In this document: in pieces, positions 1 through 9,199 of the stretch | Position numbering within the stretch: position 1 is the first letter of the stretch | Layout of the letters: each line of letters begins with the position of its first letter | Assembly (NCBI GenBank): GCA_963699925.1 | Contig: CAVOVT010000013.1 | Span: 25,187-89,186, forward strand | DNA length: 64,000 nt | Reading direction: 5' to 3' | Source of the DNA: an uncultured Gammaproteobacteria bacterium | GTDB taxonomy: Bacteria; Pseudomonadota; Gammaproteobacteria; Steroidobacterales; Rariloculaceae | The notes under the pieces: model-generated | Told to the model about the DNA's origin: nothing | The model's database searches: none | Seen by the model: the letters and a program-made list of their open reading frames with translations, nothing else | Program-made: the position numbers and the translations under genes

Positions 1-1
1 C

Positions 2-271
2 GTCGTCGGTGCCGTGGCCGTCGTCGCTGGACTGATTTTGGCCACCCAAGCTCTTGGCGTTTGGGGCGCCGCGTCTTTCGGGCCTCTCGATCTCGACGAG
101 TCGCTGCGCAAGGTGATCCCGAGCACCACGCTTTTGATTCTCGGGCTGCAGATCATCTTCTCGAGCTGTCTATTGAGCGTCCTCCAACTGGACACGCGTC
201 CGTCGGGCGCCCGCACGCGCAAGGATGATTTCCTGGCCCGCGCGGTCCCGCACCCGCGAAACGACACCTAG
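2..271 (+). CDS. 3-prime end of a membrane protein gene cut by the window edge (possibly the membrane tail of a glycosyltransferase)
   Basis: ORF 14..271 stays open to the window edge. It has two hydrophobic helices (AGLILATQALGVWGAA, TTLLILGLQIIFSSCLLSVL) followed by a polar tail. It sits among glycan-modification genes. The family cannot be assigned from 85 aa. Confidence 0.4.
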   Translation, partial: VVGAVAVVAGLILATQALGVWGAASFGPLDLDESLRKVIPSTTLLILGLQIIFSSCLLSVLQLDTRPSGARTRKDDFLARAVPHPRNDT

Positions 272-326
272 CGGCGATCCCTCGCCGACCAGGGACGACA
301 GTGCTCGAGCGATCAGGACCGACCGC

Positions 327-1139
327 ATGAAAGACATCATCGAAAATAGAGTTAGGCTCGGGGGCCCGACCAAAGCTCGCCTGCTTGCCATGTCGCTCAA
401 GGAGAACGGTCTACTGTGGACGGGTTTGATCGGGATCTATTACACCGCTAGCGCCATCGGCGAGAAAGCCTTCTCGATCGCGTCCGGGCTCCGCAAAAAG
501 CACGGTCTTCCGGGGATGAACAGCGTCGCGATCAACAAAGTCATCTGGGAGCAGTGGGATTGGAGCGGCAAGGGCGAGGAATGGTCGCCTTCGAGCGACT
601 GGAAACAGTCCGTGGTCCGCACCCTGTTGGCGCCCAACATCGCCGAGGGCTCGGCCGTCGTCGAGATCGGTCCGGGCGGCGGGAGATGGACCGGCGACCT
701 TCAGGCGCGCGCAGGCAAGCTGATCGGTATCGACATCTCCGAGGCGTGCATTCGCGAATGCCAACGCCGATTTGCGGGCTGCGAGAACGTCGAGTTCTGG
801 GTTGGCAGCGGAGCCGACCTGAACGGCGTCGAGACCGGTAGCACCGACGCGATTTGGTCGTTCGACGTGTTCGTCCATATCAACGAACCTCAGTTCGAGG
901 CGTACGCGAAGGAATTCGCGCGAGTCCTGAAGCCGGGGGGCGTGGGCGTCGTGCACCACGGAGCGGTAGGCGGTGCGAGCGGCGGCTGGCGCAGCGACGT
1001 GACGACGGCCGACGTCGAGAGGCTCCTGACCTCTGCGGGCCTGCGCATCGAGCAGCAGCTCTCGTCGTGGCGCGACGCGAACGAGGAATTCAAAGCCGGC
1101 CTCTACGGCGATGTCGTCACGATCTTTCGCAAGGCGTAA
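327..1139 (+). CDS. class I SAM-dependent methyltransferase
   Basis: ORF 225..1139; I place the start at ATG 327 (MKDIIENR). It has SAM-binding motif I (VVEIGPGGGRWTGDL), GIDISEACI and FDVFVHI. Third codon positions are G/C-rich. Confidence 0.85.
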   Translation: MKDIIENRVRLGGPTKARLLAMSLKENGLLWTGLIGIYYTASAIGEKAFSIASGLRKKHGLPGMNSVAINKVIWEQWDWSGKGEEWSPSSDWKQSVVRTLLAPNIAEGSAVVEIGPGGGRWTGDLQARAGKLIGIDISEACIRECQRRFAGCENVEFWVGSGADLNGVETGSTDAIWSFDVFVHINEPQFEAYAKEFARVLKPGGVGVVHHGAVGGASGGWRSDVTTADVERLLTSAGLRIEQQLSSWRDANEEFKAGLYGDVVTIFRKA

Positions 1140-1155
1140 GCGCCGGTAGACTGCC

Positions 1156-1560
1156 TCACTGATTGCCCTCGGTTGCGTCCAACGTCCGACGCGTGCCGAC
1201 GAATACCCAAGCGCGCGTCGTCACGAAGCTGAGCGCGGGCACGATCGCGCAGACCGCGAGAAAGGCGAGCCAGCGCGGAGCGGCGAACAGGTGCAATGCG
1301 AGGTAAGGAATTACCCACGAGAGCGCAACTCCGAGGCACGACGTGACCACGAACCGCGGGAACGCGACTCTGTGTACGGCCGAGGAGCGAAACGTGATCA
1401 CACGGTGCGCGAAATAGGCCAAAGGAATCATTAGCACGTAGGCGCTGCCACTCGCGATTGCGGGCTCGAGCCCGAGGCCGGAGGATCCGACGTAGGCCAT
1501 GACGAAATAGATCGCCGCGAGCGATACGCCGACGACTCCGAACACGATCGGTTGGCGCAC
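1156..1560 (-). CDS. GtrA-family small polytopic membrane protein
   Basis: ORF 1156..1731. It has four hydrophobic helices in a GtrA-like pattern (VFGVVGVSLAAIYFVMAY, AHRVITFRSS, RFVVTSCLGVALSW). I place the start at GTG 1560 because the upstream part is Arg-rich and runs into the neighbouring gene. The start is uncertain. Confidence 0.7.
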   Translation of the reverse strand: MRQPIVFGVVGVSLAAIYFVMAYVGSSGLGLEPAIASGSAYVLMIPLAYFAHRVITFRSSAVHRVAFPRFVVTSCLGVALSWVIPYLALHLFAAPRWLAFLAVCAIVPALSFVTTRAWVFVGTRRTLDATEGNQ

Positions 1561-1640
1561 GTTTTCCGAGGAAATGAACGGCCCGGCGCGACGGAGCGTA
1601 CCCGGTGGCCGATCGAAATCATTGCTGCGCGCCACGGCTT

Positions 1641-2345
1641 TTACGCGTCGGACGTTGCGTGCTTGTCGATCGTGACGAGCAGGTTGCTCGACAGGCCGAG
1701 CAACCGAAGAGACTCCACACTGACGCCGCATCCGCTCAAGCCGCTACACAACTGCAAGATATCGTTGCGATCCAAGAGGTTGAGGTTTTCTTCGTGCGCG
1801 AAGAACTCATATCTCGTGCCGCGCAGCAGACGGCGGAACCAAGGCCGCGGCAGCCAGTGGACGAGCGGCAGGACGCTGTGGAACTCGACCGGGAACCAGC
1901 GGTTCGGAGTGGTAAGAAAGACCGCGCGAACCGCGACCCGCGTGAGCTCCGCAATGAAGGTTCTTTGTTTCTCTGCGCCTCCGACGTGCTCCAGCACGGC
2001 ACTCGAATGGACGACGTCGAAGCTGGCGTCTTCGAACGGCAGGTTGCGTCCGTCGGCGCGGCGGTAGGTCAAGCCCGGATACTGCCGCTCCAGAAAGGAA
2101 GCGTCGTCGATCCCGACGGCCGTGATCTTGTCCTTGTAGGGATACCACGACTCCACGTAGTTCGAGCTGTCGTAGGTCTGGTCGGATGTGACACCCACGT
2201 CGAGCAGCGTCTCGGCTGGCCGGATCGACGTCCTCTCGAGAAAAACGTCGTACATGCGCCGTCGTGCTCGCGCAGCGATCCGGACGGAGAGCGACGTCGG
2301 CTCCGCGACGTTGTACTGGGCGTTAGGTTTGTACGCTCTCGCCAT
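1641..2345 (-). CDS. SAM-dependent methyltransferase (type 11-like)
   Basis: ORF 1641..2345, 234 aa. Motifs LLDVGVTSD and FDVVHSSAVLEHVGG are typical of Methyltransf_11-type enzymes. Confidence 0.85.
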   Translation of the reverse strand: MARAYKPNAQYNVAEPTSLSVRIAARARRRMYDVFLERTSIRPAETLLDVGVTSDQTYDSSNYVESWYPYKDKITAVGIDDASFLERQYPGLTYRRADGRNLPFEDASFDVVHSSAVLEHVGGAEKQRTFIAELTRVAVRAVFLTTPNRWFPVEFHSVLPLVHWLPRPWFRRLLRGTRYEFFAHEENLNLLDRNDILQLCSGLSGCGVSVESLRLLGLSSNLLVTIDKHATSDA

Positions 2346-2439
2346 CGGGCTTCATGGGATAAGGAGCAGAGCCGTCGCTCAACATACCATCGCGGAGCGG
2401 CGCGGTCGCGCGCGATGTTTCCCCGAGCCTGGTTCGAAG

Positions 2440-2456
2440 CGACTAAGCCTTAGTCG
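2440..2456. promoter_or_regulatory. perfect 8-1-8 palindrome CGACTAAG-C-CTTAGTCG in a divergent promoter region (possible operator)
   Basis: Read directly in the 224-bp intergenic region between the divergent genes 1641..2345 (-) and 2570..3730 (+). No cognate regulator is identified. Confidence 0.25.
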
Positions 2457-2569
2457 AAGGCCGGCAGCAGCGAGCGCGTGCCGTTCGACCGCCAAGAAGG
2501 GATTCACTAGACTCTGTTCCATCGATTTCCGATGGTTATGGACGCGACAGCGGTGGGCGGAAATTACTC

Positions 2570-3730
2570 ATGAAGATCGGCATCATGCTCCGCCACTACG
2601 AGCAGCAGGAAGGTGGCGTCAAGGTCTACACGAAGCGGATTTTGCCGCTGCTCTTCACGATGGGCGCGCGGCACCGATACGTGCTGATGTATCAGAACGC
2701 CAAGCTGCTCGGCACCTATTCGCGATATCCGAACGTAGAAGAAGTCGCGCTCGGCGTGCCCGGTACGGTCACGTGGGACCAGCTGGCAGCGCCTTGGATT
2801 GCGAGGCGCCACAAGGTGGATCTCATCTTCAACCCGAAGTTCACCGTGCCGCTGTTCACGGGCGTGAAGACGATGTTCGTGCTGCACGGCTCCGAATGGT
2901 TCGAAATCCCAGAGCACTTCAAGCGCCACGACCAGTGGTACTTCAAGATCTCCTCGCCAATCTACTGCAAGCGATCGGACGGCTTCATTGCAGTTTCGCG
3001 CGCCGTGAAGGCCGATGTCGTAAGGCACGTCGGCATACCGGCGCAGAAGGTGTTCGCGATTCACAACGGGTTCGATCCCACGGTGTTCCGGCAAATTCAG
3101 GACCCCTCGACGCTGCGGTCGGTGCGCGAGAAGTACAAGCTCACCGACCATTTCATCCTGTGGGCCGGACAGATCGAAACGCGCAAGAACGTCGCGCGGT
3201 TGCTGCGCGCGTTTGCACGCATCAAAGACGAGTTTCCGCACTGCCTCGTCCTTGCCGGAGAGTTGCGCTGGAACTCGTCGGAGGAGCTACGCGTCGTCGA
3301 AGAGCTTGGTATCGCGGATCGCATCGTGCTGCCGGGTTGGATCGAGCACGGCGATCTGCCGGCCGTCTATGCAGCCGCCGATCTGTTCGCTTTTCCATCG
3401 CTCTACGAGGGGTTCGGCATCCCACTGATCGAGGCGATGGCGTGCGCTTGTCCGATCGTGACCGCCAACACGTGCGCGCCGCCGGAGGTCTGCGAGGGCG
3501 CAGCGCAGCTAGCGAACCCGCTGGACGTCGACGACATCGCCGCCGCGATGCGTCGAGTGCTCAGCGATGGGCCCCTGCGCTCCAAAATGATTGCGCGCGG
3601 TCTCGAGCGAGCAAGAGATTTCAGCTGGGAAAAGTGCGTGGGCGAGCTGTTGGCCGCGTTCGATACCGTCGTCGGCGTTCGCGCGAGCGCGCGCACGGCC
3701 GAAACCAAAACTCACCCGGTTCGGGGTTAG
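2570..3730 (+). CDS. glycosyltransferase family 4 (GT-B fold)
   Basis: ORF 2570..3730, 386 aa. The C-terminal signature is FPSLYEGFGIPLIEAMACACPIVTANTCAPPEV (E-x7-E). Confidence 0.9.
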   Translation: MKIGIMLRHYEQQEGGVKVYTKRILPLLFTMGARHRYVLMYQNAKLLGTYSRYPNVEEVALGVPGTVTWDQLAAPWIARRHKVDLIFNPKFTVPLFTGVKTMFVLHGSEWFEIPEHFKRHDQWYFKISSPIYCKRSDGFIAVSRAVKADVVRHVGIPAQKVFAIHNGFDPTVFRQIQDPSTLRSVREKYKLTDHFILWAGQIETRKNVARLLRAFARIKDEFPHCLVLAGELRWNSSEELRVVEELGIADRIVLPGWIEHGDLPAVYAAADLFAFPSLYEGFGIPLIEAMACACPIVTANTCAPPEVCEGAAQLANPLDVDDIAAAMRRVLSDGPLRSKMIARGLERARDFSWEKCVGELLAAFDTVVGVRASARTAETKTHPVRG

Positions 3731-5793
3731 CCGGAGCGCGCCGCATGGGCGCGAAAGGATTGCTCCAGACCTTCTCGCAGCGAGGCGCGCGGACGCCATT
3801 GCAGAACGTTCTGCGCCTTCGAGCAATCCCAGCGCACGCTCCTCAACCGAGTCCGCACCCGGTAACGATTGGTCGACGCCTCCTTACCACGTGCCGCCGC
3901 GGCGACCTCGGAAAGCGCAGCGATCGCGTAGTACGCGATTCGCGGAAGCTTCAACACGTGCGGGCCTCCGGTCGATTTCTGTAGAAGATCGAGGTAGTCC
4001 TTCTGCGTGAGGACGTCCTCGTCGACGATGTTGAACGATTCGCCGCCGATGCCCGGTACCGTGCCCCCGAGTATCAGCGCGTCCACGGCGTTGTCGATCC
4101 ACGTCAGCGGCAACGGGACACTGCCGTCTCCAAACAAGATGACGCGATCCGATGCGATCTTCTGGCACACGTGCGGCGGATAGAGGCTCGTTCCATCCCC
4201 GCAAACGAGGCCGAGCCTCACGATCACGCCCTCAGTCACACCGCGCTTGTTTGCGGCGAGAACGATCTCTTCCGCAAGCGTCTTTGCGCGCGCGTAGTGG
4301 CCGAGCTTGCCGGTGTCGTCGAATGCGCAGCGTTCGTCGATCGTCGAACCGTCTGCCTTCTGAGCCAACGGATACGCGGCGAGCGTGCCGGCGTAAACCA
4401 GGCGCTTCACCCCCGCGCGCTCTGCCTCGCGCACGACGTGCTCCGTGCCTTGCACGTCGACGCGCTCGAATGTCGCCGCCGAGCCGTACATCGCGGAACC
4501 GAGGTGGAAAACGACGTCCATCCCTTCCGCTACACCCTTCAGGGTCTCGGGCACCGTGAGATCGCCCAGGCGCACTTCCGCGCCCGCCGCGGCGAGTTGC
4601 GCAGCCTTTTCCGTAGTTCGTGCCAGGACGTGAACCGACTCGCCGCGCGCGAGCAGGGCGTGGGCCAAGTTCGATCCGACGAAGCCGGTGCCGCCGACGA
4701 TCAAAATCTTCTTCGCTCCCGGCTTGAGCGAGCGTGCGACCGGCGCGGGGGCCGCCGCCGGAGCTCGAGCGCCGGCCGGCCAGATCGAGCGAAGCACCCG
4801 CACGGCCTGCGTGCCCTCGGCCGCCGTGACAGGCGCCGGTTGGCCCGCTTCGATGGCCGCATAGAACGCATGGATCAGCGGCACGATTCCATAAGAGCCG
4901 TCGATCTTCTTGCGCGCGAGCTTCCACGCCGCGCCGAACGTGCCCGTGGTGAGTTGCTGGGCGACGACGAGGTTGCCGAGAGCCCGGCCGACCTTCTGAG
5001 GCACCGGCAGCTCGCGTTGCACGGTGAGAGACATGCTGGAGATGTTCAACCGCAGCAGCGCGCGCGTGCACAAGATGTCCACCAGCCCCATGTCCGGCCG
5101 CGCGCGCAACGAAACGGACAACGTGCCGAGACCACGCTCGGCGTCGAGCAACGCTCTCACGTCGGCTGTCTGGTTGCTGGGTATGATCGGAGCGCCGCGT
5201 GTGAGGGAGACCGATTGTCCCACCGGCCCGAGCAAACGAATCAACAGGGACAGCGGATGCACCGCGAGATCTTCCGCGAGCCCACCGGGCAACTGCGTGG
5301 ACCAATGGGCCTGCCCAAAACTGGGATTGCGGCGAACGTCGTAGTTGAACGAGGCGGTGGCTTGCACCACGTCGCCGACGCTGCCCGAGGCGATCAGCTC
5401 GACGGCCTGCTTCATCGCCGGCGTGTAAACCCAACAATGACCCACGCAAATTTGTTTGCCGGCGCGCTCGGCCGCCGCGCTCATCGCGTCGCATTCCGCT
5501 TCGGTCGCCGCCATGGGTTTCTCCACGAAGACGTGGGCACCGGCTTGGAGCGCCTGGATCGTGAGCGGAGCGTGGAACGCAGGCGGCGTGATGATGTGCA
5601 CGACGTCCGGCTTCAACGCCAGCAGGTCCGCGAGATTGTCGAATGCATTGGCGACGGAGAATTGCTCCGCCTGCGCGCGGGCTCGTGCGACGTACCGATC
5701 TACGATGCCGACGACTTCGGTACCGGGATAACGCGTAGCCGCAGTGAGGTGATGGCCGGAAATCATGCCACTGCCGACGATGCCGATTTTCAT
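3727..5793 (-). CDS. fusion protein: N-terminal Gfo/Idh/MocA oxidoreductase plus C-terminal NAD-dependent epimerase/dehydratase (SDR)
   Basis: ORF 3727..5844; I place the start at ATG 5793. MKIGIVGSGMISGHH and EKPMA mark the Gfo/Idh/MocA part. After an Ala/Pro linker comes a second Rossmann motif (KILIVGGTGFVGSNLAHALL) and HYARAK (YxxxK). The whole gene is one uninterrupted frame. Confidence 0.85.
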   Translation of the reverse strand: MKIGIVGSGMISGHHLTAATRYPGTEVVGIVDRYVARARAQAEQFSVANAFDNLADLLALKPDVVHIITPPAFHAPLTIQALQAGAHVFVEKPMAATEAECDAMSAAAERAGKQICVGHCWVYTPAMKQAVELIASGSVGDVVQATASFNYDVRRNPSFGQAHWSTQLPGGLAEDLAVHPLSLLIRLLGPVGQSVSLTRGAPIIPSNQTADVRALLDAERGLGTLSVSLRARPDMGLVDILCTRALLRLNISSMSLTVQRELPVPQKVGRALGNLVVAQQLTTGTFGAAWKLARKKIDGSYGIVPLIHAFYAAIEAGQPAPVTAAEGTQAVRVLRSIWPAGARAPAAAPAPVARSLKPGAKKILIVGGTGFVGSNLAHALLARGESVHVLARTTEKAAQLAAAGAEVRLGDLTVPETLKGVAEGMDVVFHLGSAMYGSAATFERVDVQGTEHVVREAERAGVKRLVYAGTLAAYPLAQKADGSTIDERCAFDDTGKLGHYARAKTLAEEIVLAANKRGVTEGVIVRLGLVCGDGTSLYPPHVCQKIASDRVILFGDGSVPLPLTWIDNAVDALILGGTVPGIGGESFNIVDEDVLTQKDYLDLLQKSTGGPHVLKLPRIAYYAIAALSEVAAAARGKEASTNRYRVRTRLRSVRWDCSKAQNVLQWRPRASLREGLEQSFRAHAARSG

Positions 5794-6157
5794 TGCTGGA
5801 TGGTTTCTCTTGTTGATGCTTCGTGCCGTCGGGAGTGGGTCCACTCCGACGGGTGTTTACCGTGCATGGAAGTGCGGCTAGCCGCACGTTGATCTTGCGA
5901 TCGACAGCCTTTTCTTCTTCCGTGAGACGGCTCGCGAAATTTTAGGATACGCCGGTCGGGCCGCAAAGTACGCCGCCCCGTCGCAAAGCGCAGCGAAGCC
6001 GCGCGAACGCGTCCGCTGACATAAGCCTGCGCCTTTCGCAGTATCCGCGCACCGGCACCGACCTTCGTTGTTGCCGCGCGGCCCTCGCCATGGTCCGACC
6101 AGAGGATTGCGCGCCGCCCCAGCGACGCGCAACCCTTGGAGGGGGCAAGGAGGCGGT

Positions 6158-6856
6158 ATGCAGAGAATCATGGAATGGCTCGCGCCCATGGCGCTCGTCG
6201 CAATGCCCTGGGTCGCGCAGGCGCAAGTTTCGCCGACTACCCCGACCGGCGGCGCCGCGACGTTCACGTCTACGGCGCCCAGTACCACCAACACCGTGAT
6301 GTTGCCTGCCATCGACACGACGCCTCTCTCGCGCGACGAACCCGACTTCGACGTCTTCGAGTCGAGTCTGGGGCTAGGAGTAGGAACCGATTTCAACTCT
6401 TTCGCCGCGAGATTAGGCGTTGGACCCGCGGCCGCGACGCTGCCTGCGCTGACTTCGCTGCAGACCACGGCTACGGCGACCGACTCGGGCGCGACGTCGT
6501 CCACGACGGCCGGCACCACGACATCCCTGACGAGCAGCACGACCGTCTCGGCCGTCGGCACATCGACCGGACTATCGACGAGTGCGCCGTCTTCGATTCC
6601 GGCGATCGGGACGTCGATGCGGCCGACCGTCGCGGCAGTGCCGATCGGGACACAGGCGACGCGTACGACCGGTTCGGCGCTCGGCTCGCTGGGCCGGACG
6701 TCGATGCGTTCCTTGATTCCGAACAGTGCGCGGGCGGTCCCGACCGTCGGGCCCAGTGGCGGCCCGGGGCCGGGCGCCGCGGGCTCGGCTCGCAGCGGCA
6801 CGGTGTTCGACGAGCCGTGCGAGCCGGAGGAAGTGCTCTGCATCGACATCCGCTGA
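6158..6856 (+). CDS. secreted Thr/Ser-rich low-complexity protein (hypothetical)
   Basis: ORF 6068..6856. ATG 6158 is preceded by AAGGAGG (6147..6153). MQRIMEWLAPMALVAMPWVAQA-Q looks like a Sec signal. The body is dominated by Thr/Ser/Ala/Gly runs. Third codon positions are mostly G/C, as in neighbouring genes. There is a C-terminal CEPEEVLC. Confidence 0.55.
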   Translation: MQRIMEWLAPMALVAMPWVAQAQVSPTTPTGGAATFTSTAPSTTNTVMLPAIDTTPLSRDEPDFDVFESSLGLGVGTDFNSFAARLGVGPAAATLPALTSLQTTATATDSGATSSTTAGTTTSLTSSTTVSAVGTSTGLSTSAPSSIPAIGTSMRPTVAAVPIGTQATRTTGSALGSLGRTSMRSLIPNSARAVPTVGPSGGPGPGAAGSARSGTVFDEPCEPEEVLCIDIR

Positions 6857-7185
6857 AAGCGGACTTGGACTGACCCGAAGGGTACAAAGCCTCCTCGAGC
6901 GCCGGCTTCGAAGCCGTCGATCTTCGCGCGAGCGCAGGCGCTGGTGCCGCCGTCATTCTGGCCACCTCGGAATTCGGTAAAACCGCTCCGCCACGGCCCG
7001 GCCGCGTGATCGGGTCGAACTCGGCCCGCCGCGCCGACTCCCGTTCGAAATCCCCGGGGGGACTCGCCGCCGCCCCCGCCGGCTGGGGTAAGATTCGCGG
7101 TCAGGATTCGGCGGCTGCAGCTCGCCCGTCCCGAACGCGTACTCGAGGCCAACAGAAGAAGGCGACAGCAGTGGATGCACCAACG

Positions 7186-8202
7186 ATGACTCCCGTGGCC
7201 GCGGCACGGAGCCCGCAAAGCTCCATCAATCCCGAGACGCGGCTCAAGCTTTACCGCACGATGCAGGAGTGCCGCATGCTCGAGAAGCGTGCGTACGACC
7301 TGTTCATGCAGAACCTGATCAAGGGCACGAGCCACCTCGCGCTCGGCCAGGAAGCGATTGCCGCAGGCTTCGGCAACGCGATGCAGCCGAACGACTACAC
7401 GTTCTGCACCTACCGCGGTCATAACCACACGCTCGTGCGCGGCGTCACGATGACGCAGATCTTGGGCGAGCTCATGGGCAACTCGTCGGGCCTCATGCGC
7501 GGCAAGGGCGGCTCGATGCACTTGACGAGCGTGAAGCACAACATGCTCGGCTCGTACGCGATCATCGGCGCGCATCTCACGATCGCGAACGGCGCGGCCT
7601 GGTCCGCGCAGTATCGCGGCACCGATCAAGTCGCGGTCTGCTTCTTCGGCGACGGCACCACGAACATCGGCGCGTTCCACGAGGCGCTGAACTTCGCCGT
7701 GATCTGGAAGCTGCCGATCGTGTTCGTCTGCGAGAACAACCTGTACATGGAGTACACGTCGATCCACGACGTGACCGCCGTCGAGCATCCGGCGGCCGAC
7801 CGCGCGAGCGCGTACGGCTTGGAGCCCGTGCTCATCGACGGCAACGACGTCGACGTCGTCTACCGCACCGCGCTGCGCGCGCTCGATCTCGCGCGCAAGG
7901 GCGGCGGGCCGAGCCTGATCGAGGCGGAGACTTATCGCCACGGTGGCCACTCGCGCGCCGACCCGGGCAAGTACCGGCCCGACGAGGAGGTGAAGGAGTG
8001 GCTCTCGAAGGACCCGCTACCGCGCTATCGCAACCGCCTGCTGCAAATGGGTATCGGCGAGAGCGAGCTGCAGCGCATCGACGACGAGACGAAAGCCGCG
8101 GTCGACCAGGCCACGGAGACCGCGAAGAACGCGCCGCCGCCGCCGCTCGAGCTTGCCAACAAGGACGTTTGGGCTGACGGAGGCTCCGCGTGGCGCAACT
8201 AA
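7186..8202 (+). CDS. 2-oxoacid (pyruvate/acetoin-type) dehydrogenase E1 component, alpha subunit
   Basis: ORF 7006..8202; I place the start at ATG 7186. TPP-enzyme motifs are YRGHNH, GGSMHL, GDGTTNIGAFHEALNFA and ETYRHGGHSRAD. Confidence 0.9.
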   Translation: MTPVAAARSPQSSINPETRLKLYRTMQECRMLEKRAYDLFMQNLIKGTSHLALGQEAIAAGFGNAMQPNDYTFCTYRGHNHTLVRGVTMTQILGELMGNSSGLMRGKGGSMHLTSVKHNMLGSYAIIGAHLTIANGAAWSAQYRGTDQVAVCFFGDGTTNIGAFHEALNFAVIWKLPIVFVCENNLYMEYTSIHDVTAVEHPAADRASAYGLEPVLIDGNDVDVVYRTALRALDLARKGGGPSLIEAETYRHGGHSRADPGKYRPDEEVKEWLSKDPLPRYRNRLLQMGIGESELQRIDDETKAAVDQATETAKNAPPPPLELANKDVWADGGSAWRN

Positions 8203-9166
8203 CCTATCGCGACGCGGTCGCGGCCGGCATGGCGCAGGAGATGCGCCGCGACAAGAACGTCGTGTTCCTCGGCGAGGACGTCGCCGCGGCCGGCGGAGTG
8301 TTCAAGACCACCGTCGGCTTGCTCGACGAGTTCGGCCCGACGCGCGTGCGCGACACGCCGATCTCCGAGCAAGCGATCTTGGGCGCCGCATGGGCGCGGC
8401 GATGACGGGGCTACGTCCTATCGCCGAGATCATGTTCTCGGACTTCTTCGCGGTCTGCTGGGACATCGTCGTGAACGAGATCGCGAAGGCTCGTTACATG
8501 ACCGACGGTCAGGTCACGATGCCGCTCGTCATCAAGTCCGGCAACGGCGGCGGCGCGCGCTTCGGGGCTCAGCACTCGCAGAGCGTCGAGAACTGGGCGA
8601 TGGCGGTACCCGGTCTCAAGATCGTCGCGCCGGCTTTTCCGGCCGACGTGAAGGGCCTGATGGCCGCCGCGATCCGCGACAACGACCCGGTGCTGTTCTT
8701 CGAGCAGAAGTCGCTGTACGCGACCAAGGGCGAAGTTCCCGACGGCGAGCATTACGTTCCGCTCGGCAAGGCGAACGTCGTCCGCGAAGGCTCGGACGTC
8801 ACGATCGTCGCGCTCGCGCTCATGGTGCCGCGCGCGCTCAAGGCAGCGGACATCTTGAAAGAGCAGCACGGCATCGACGCGACGGTGGTCGACCTGCGCT
8901 CGCTCGTGCCGCTCGACACGCAGACGATCCTGCGCGAGGTTGCGAAGACCGGGCGGCTCGTCACCGTGGAGGAGAATCCGCGGCTCTGCGGCTGGGGCGC
9001 CGAGATCTCGTCGATCGTCGCGGAGGAGCTGTTCTGGGACCTCGACGGTCCGATCGTGCGGATCACCACGCCGCACGTGCCGCTCGCGGCCGCGAACAAC
9101 CTCGAGGACGAGCAGATACCGAACGCCGACAAGATCGTGGCCGGCGTGCGCCAGCTCGTCGACTAA
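8190..9166 (+). pseudogene. 2-oxoacid dehydrogenase E1 beta subunit, one frame break as sequenced
   Basis: The N-terminus is in ORF 8190..8405 (GTG start; ...PISEQAILGAA). The rest is in the frame of ORF 8153..9166 (GAAMTGLRPIAEIMFSDFF...). The junction near 8388-8392 behaves as a 1-nt deletion. Confidence 0.85.
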
Positions 9167-9199
9167 CCGCACGTCTTGAGCAGCACTGAAGAGGCGCCG

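Noticed and set aside
5878-7950. 690-codon ORF on the minus strand
   Set aside because: It is antisense to the well-supported E1-alpha gene and the Thr/Ser-rich gene. Its translation is Arg/Ala/Gly/Pro-rich with no motifs. This is the typical shadow ORF of a very GC-rich genome.
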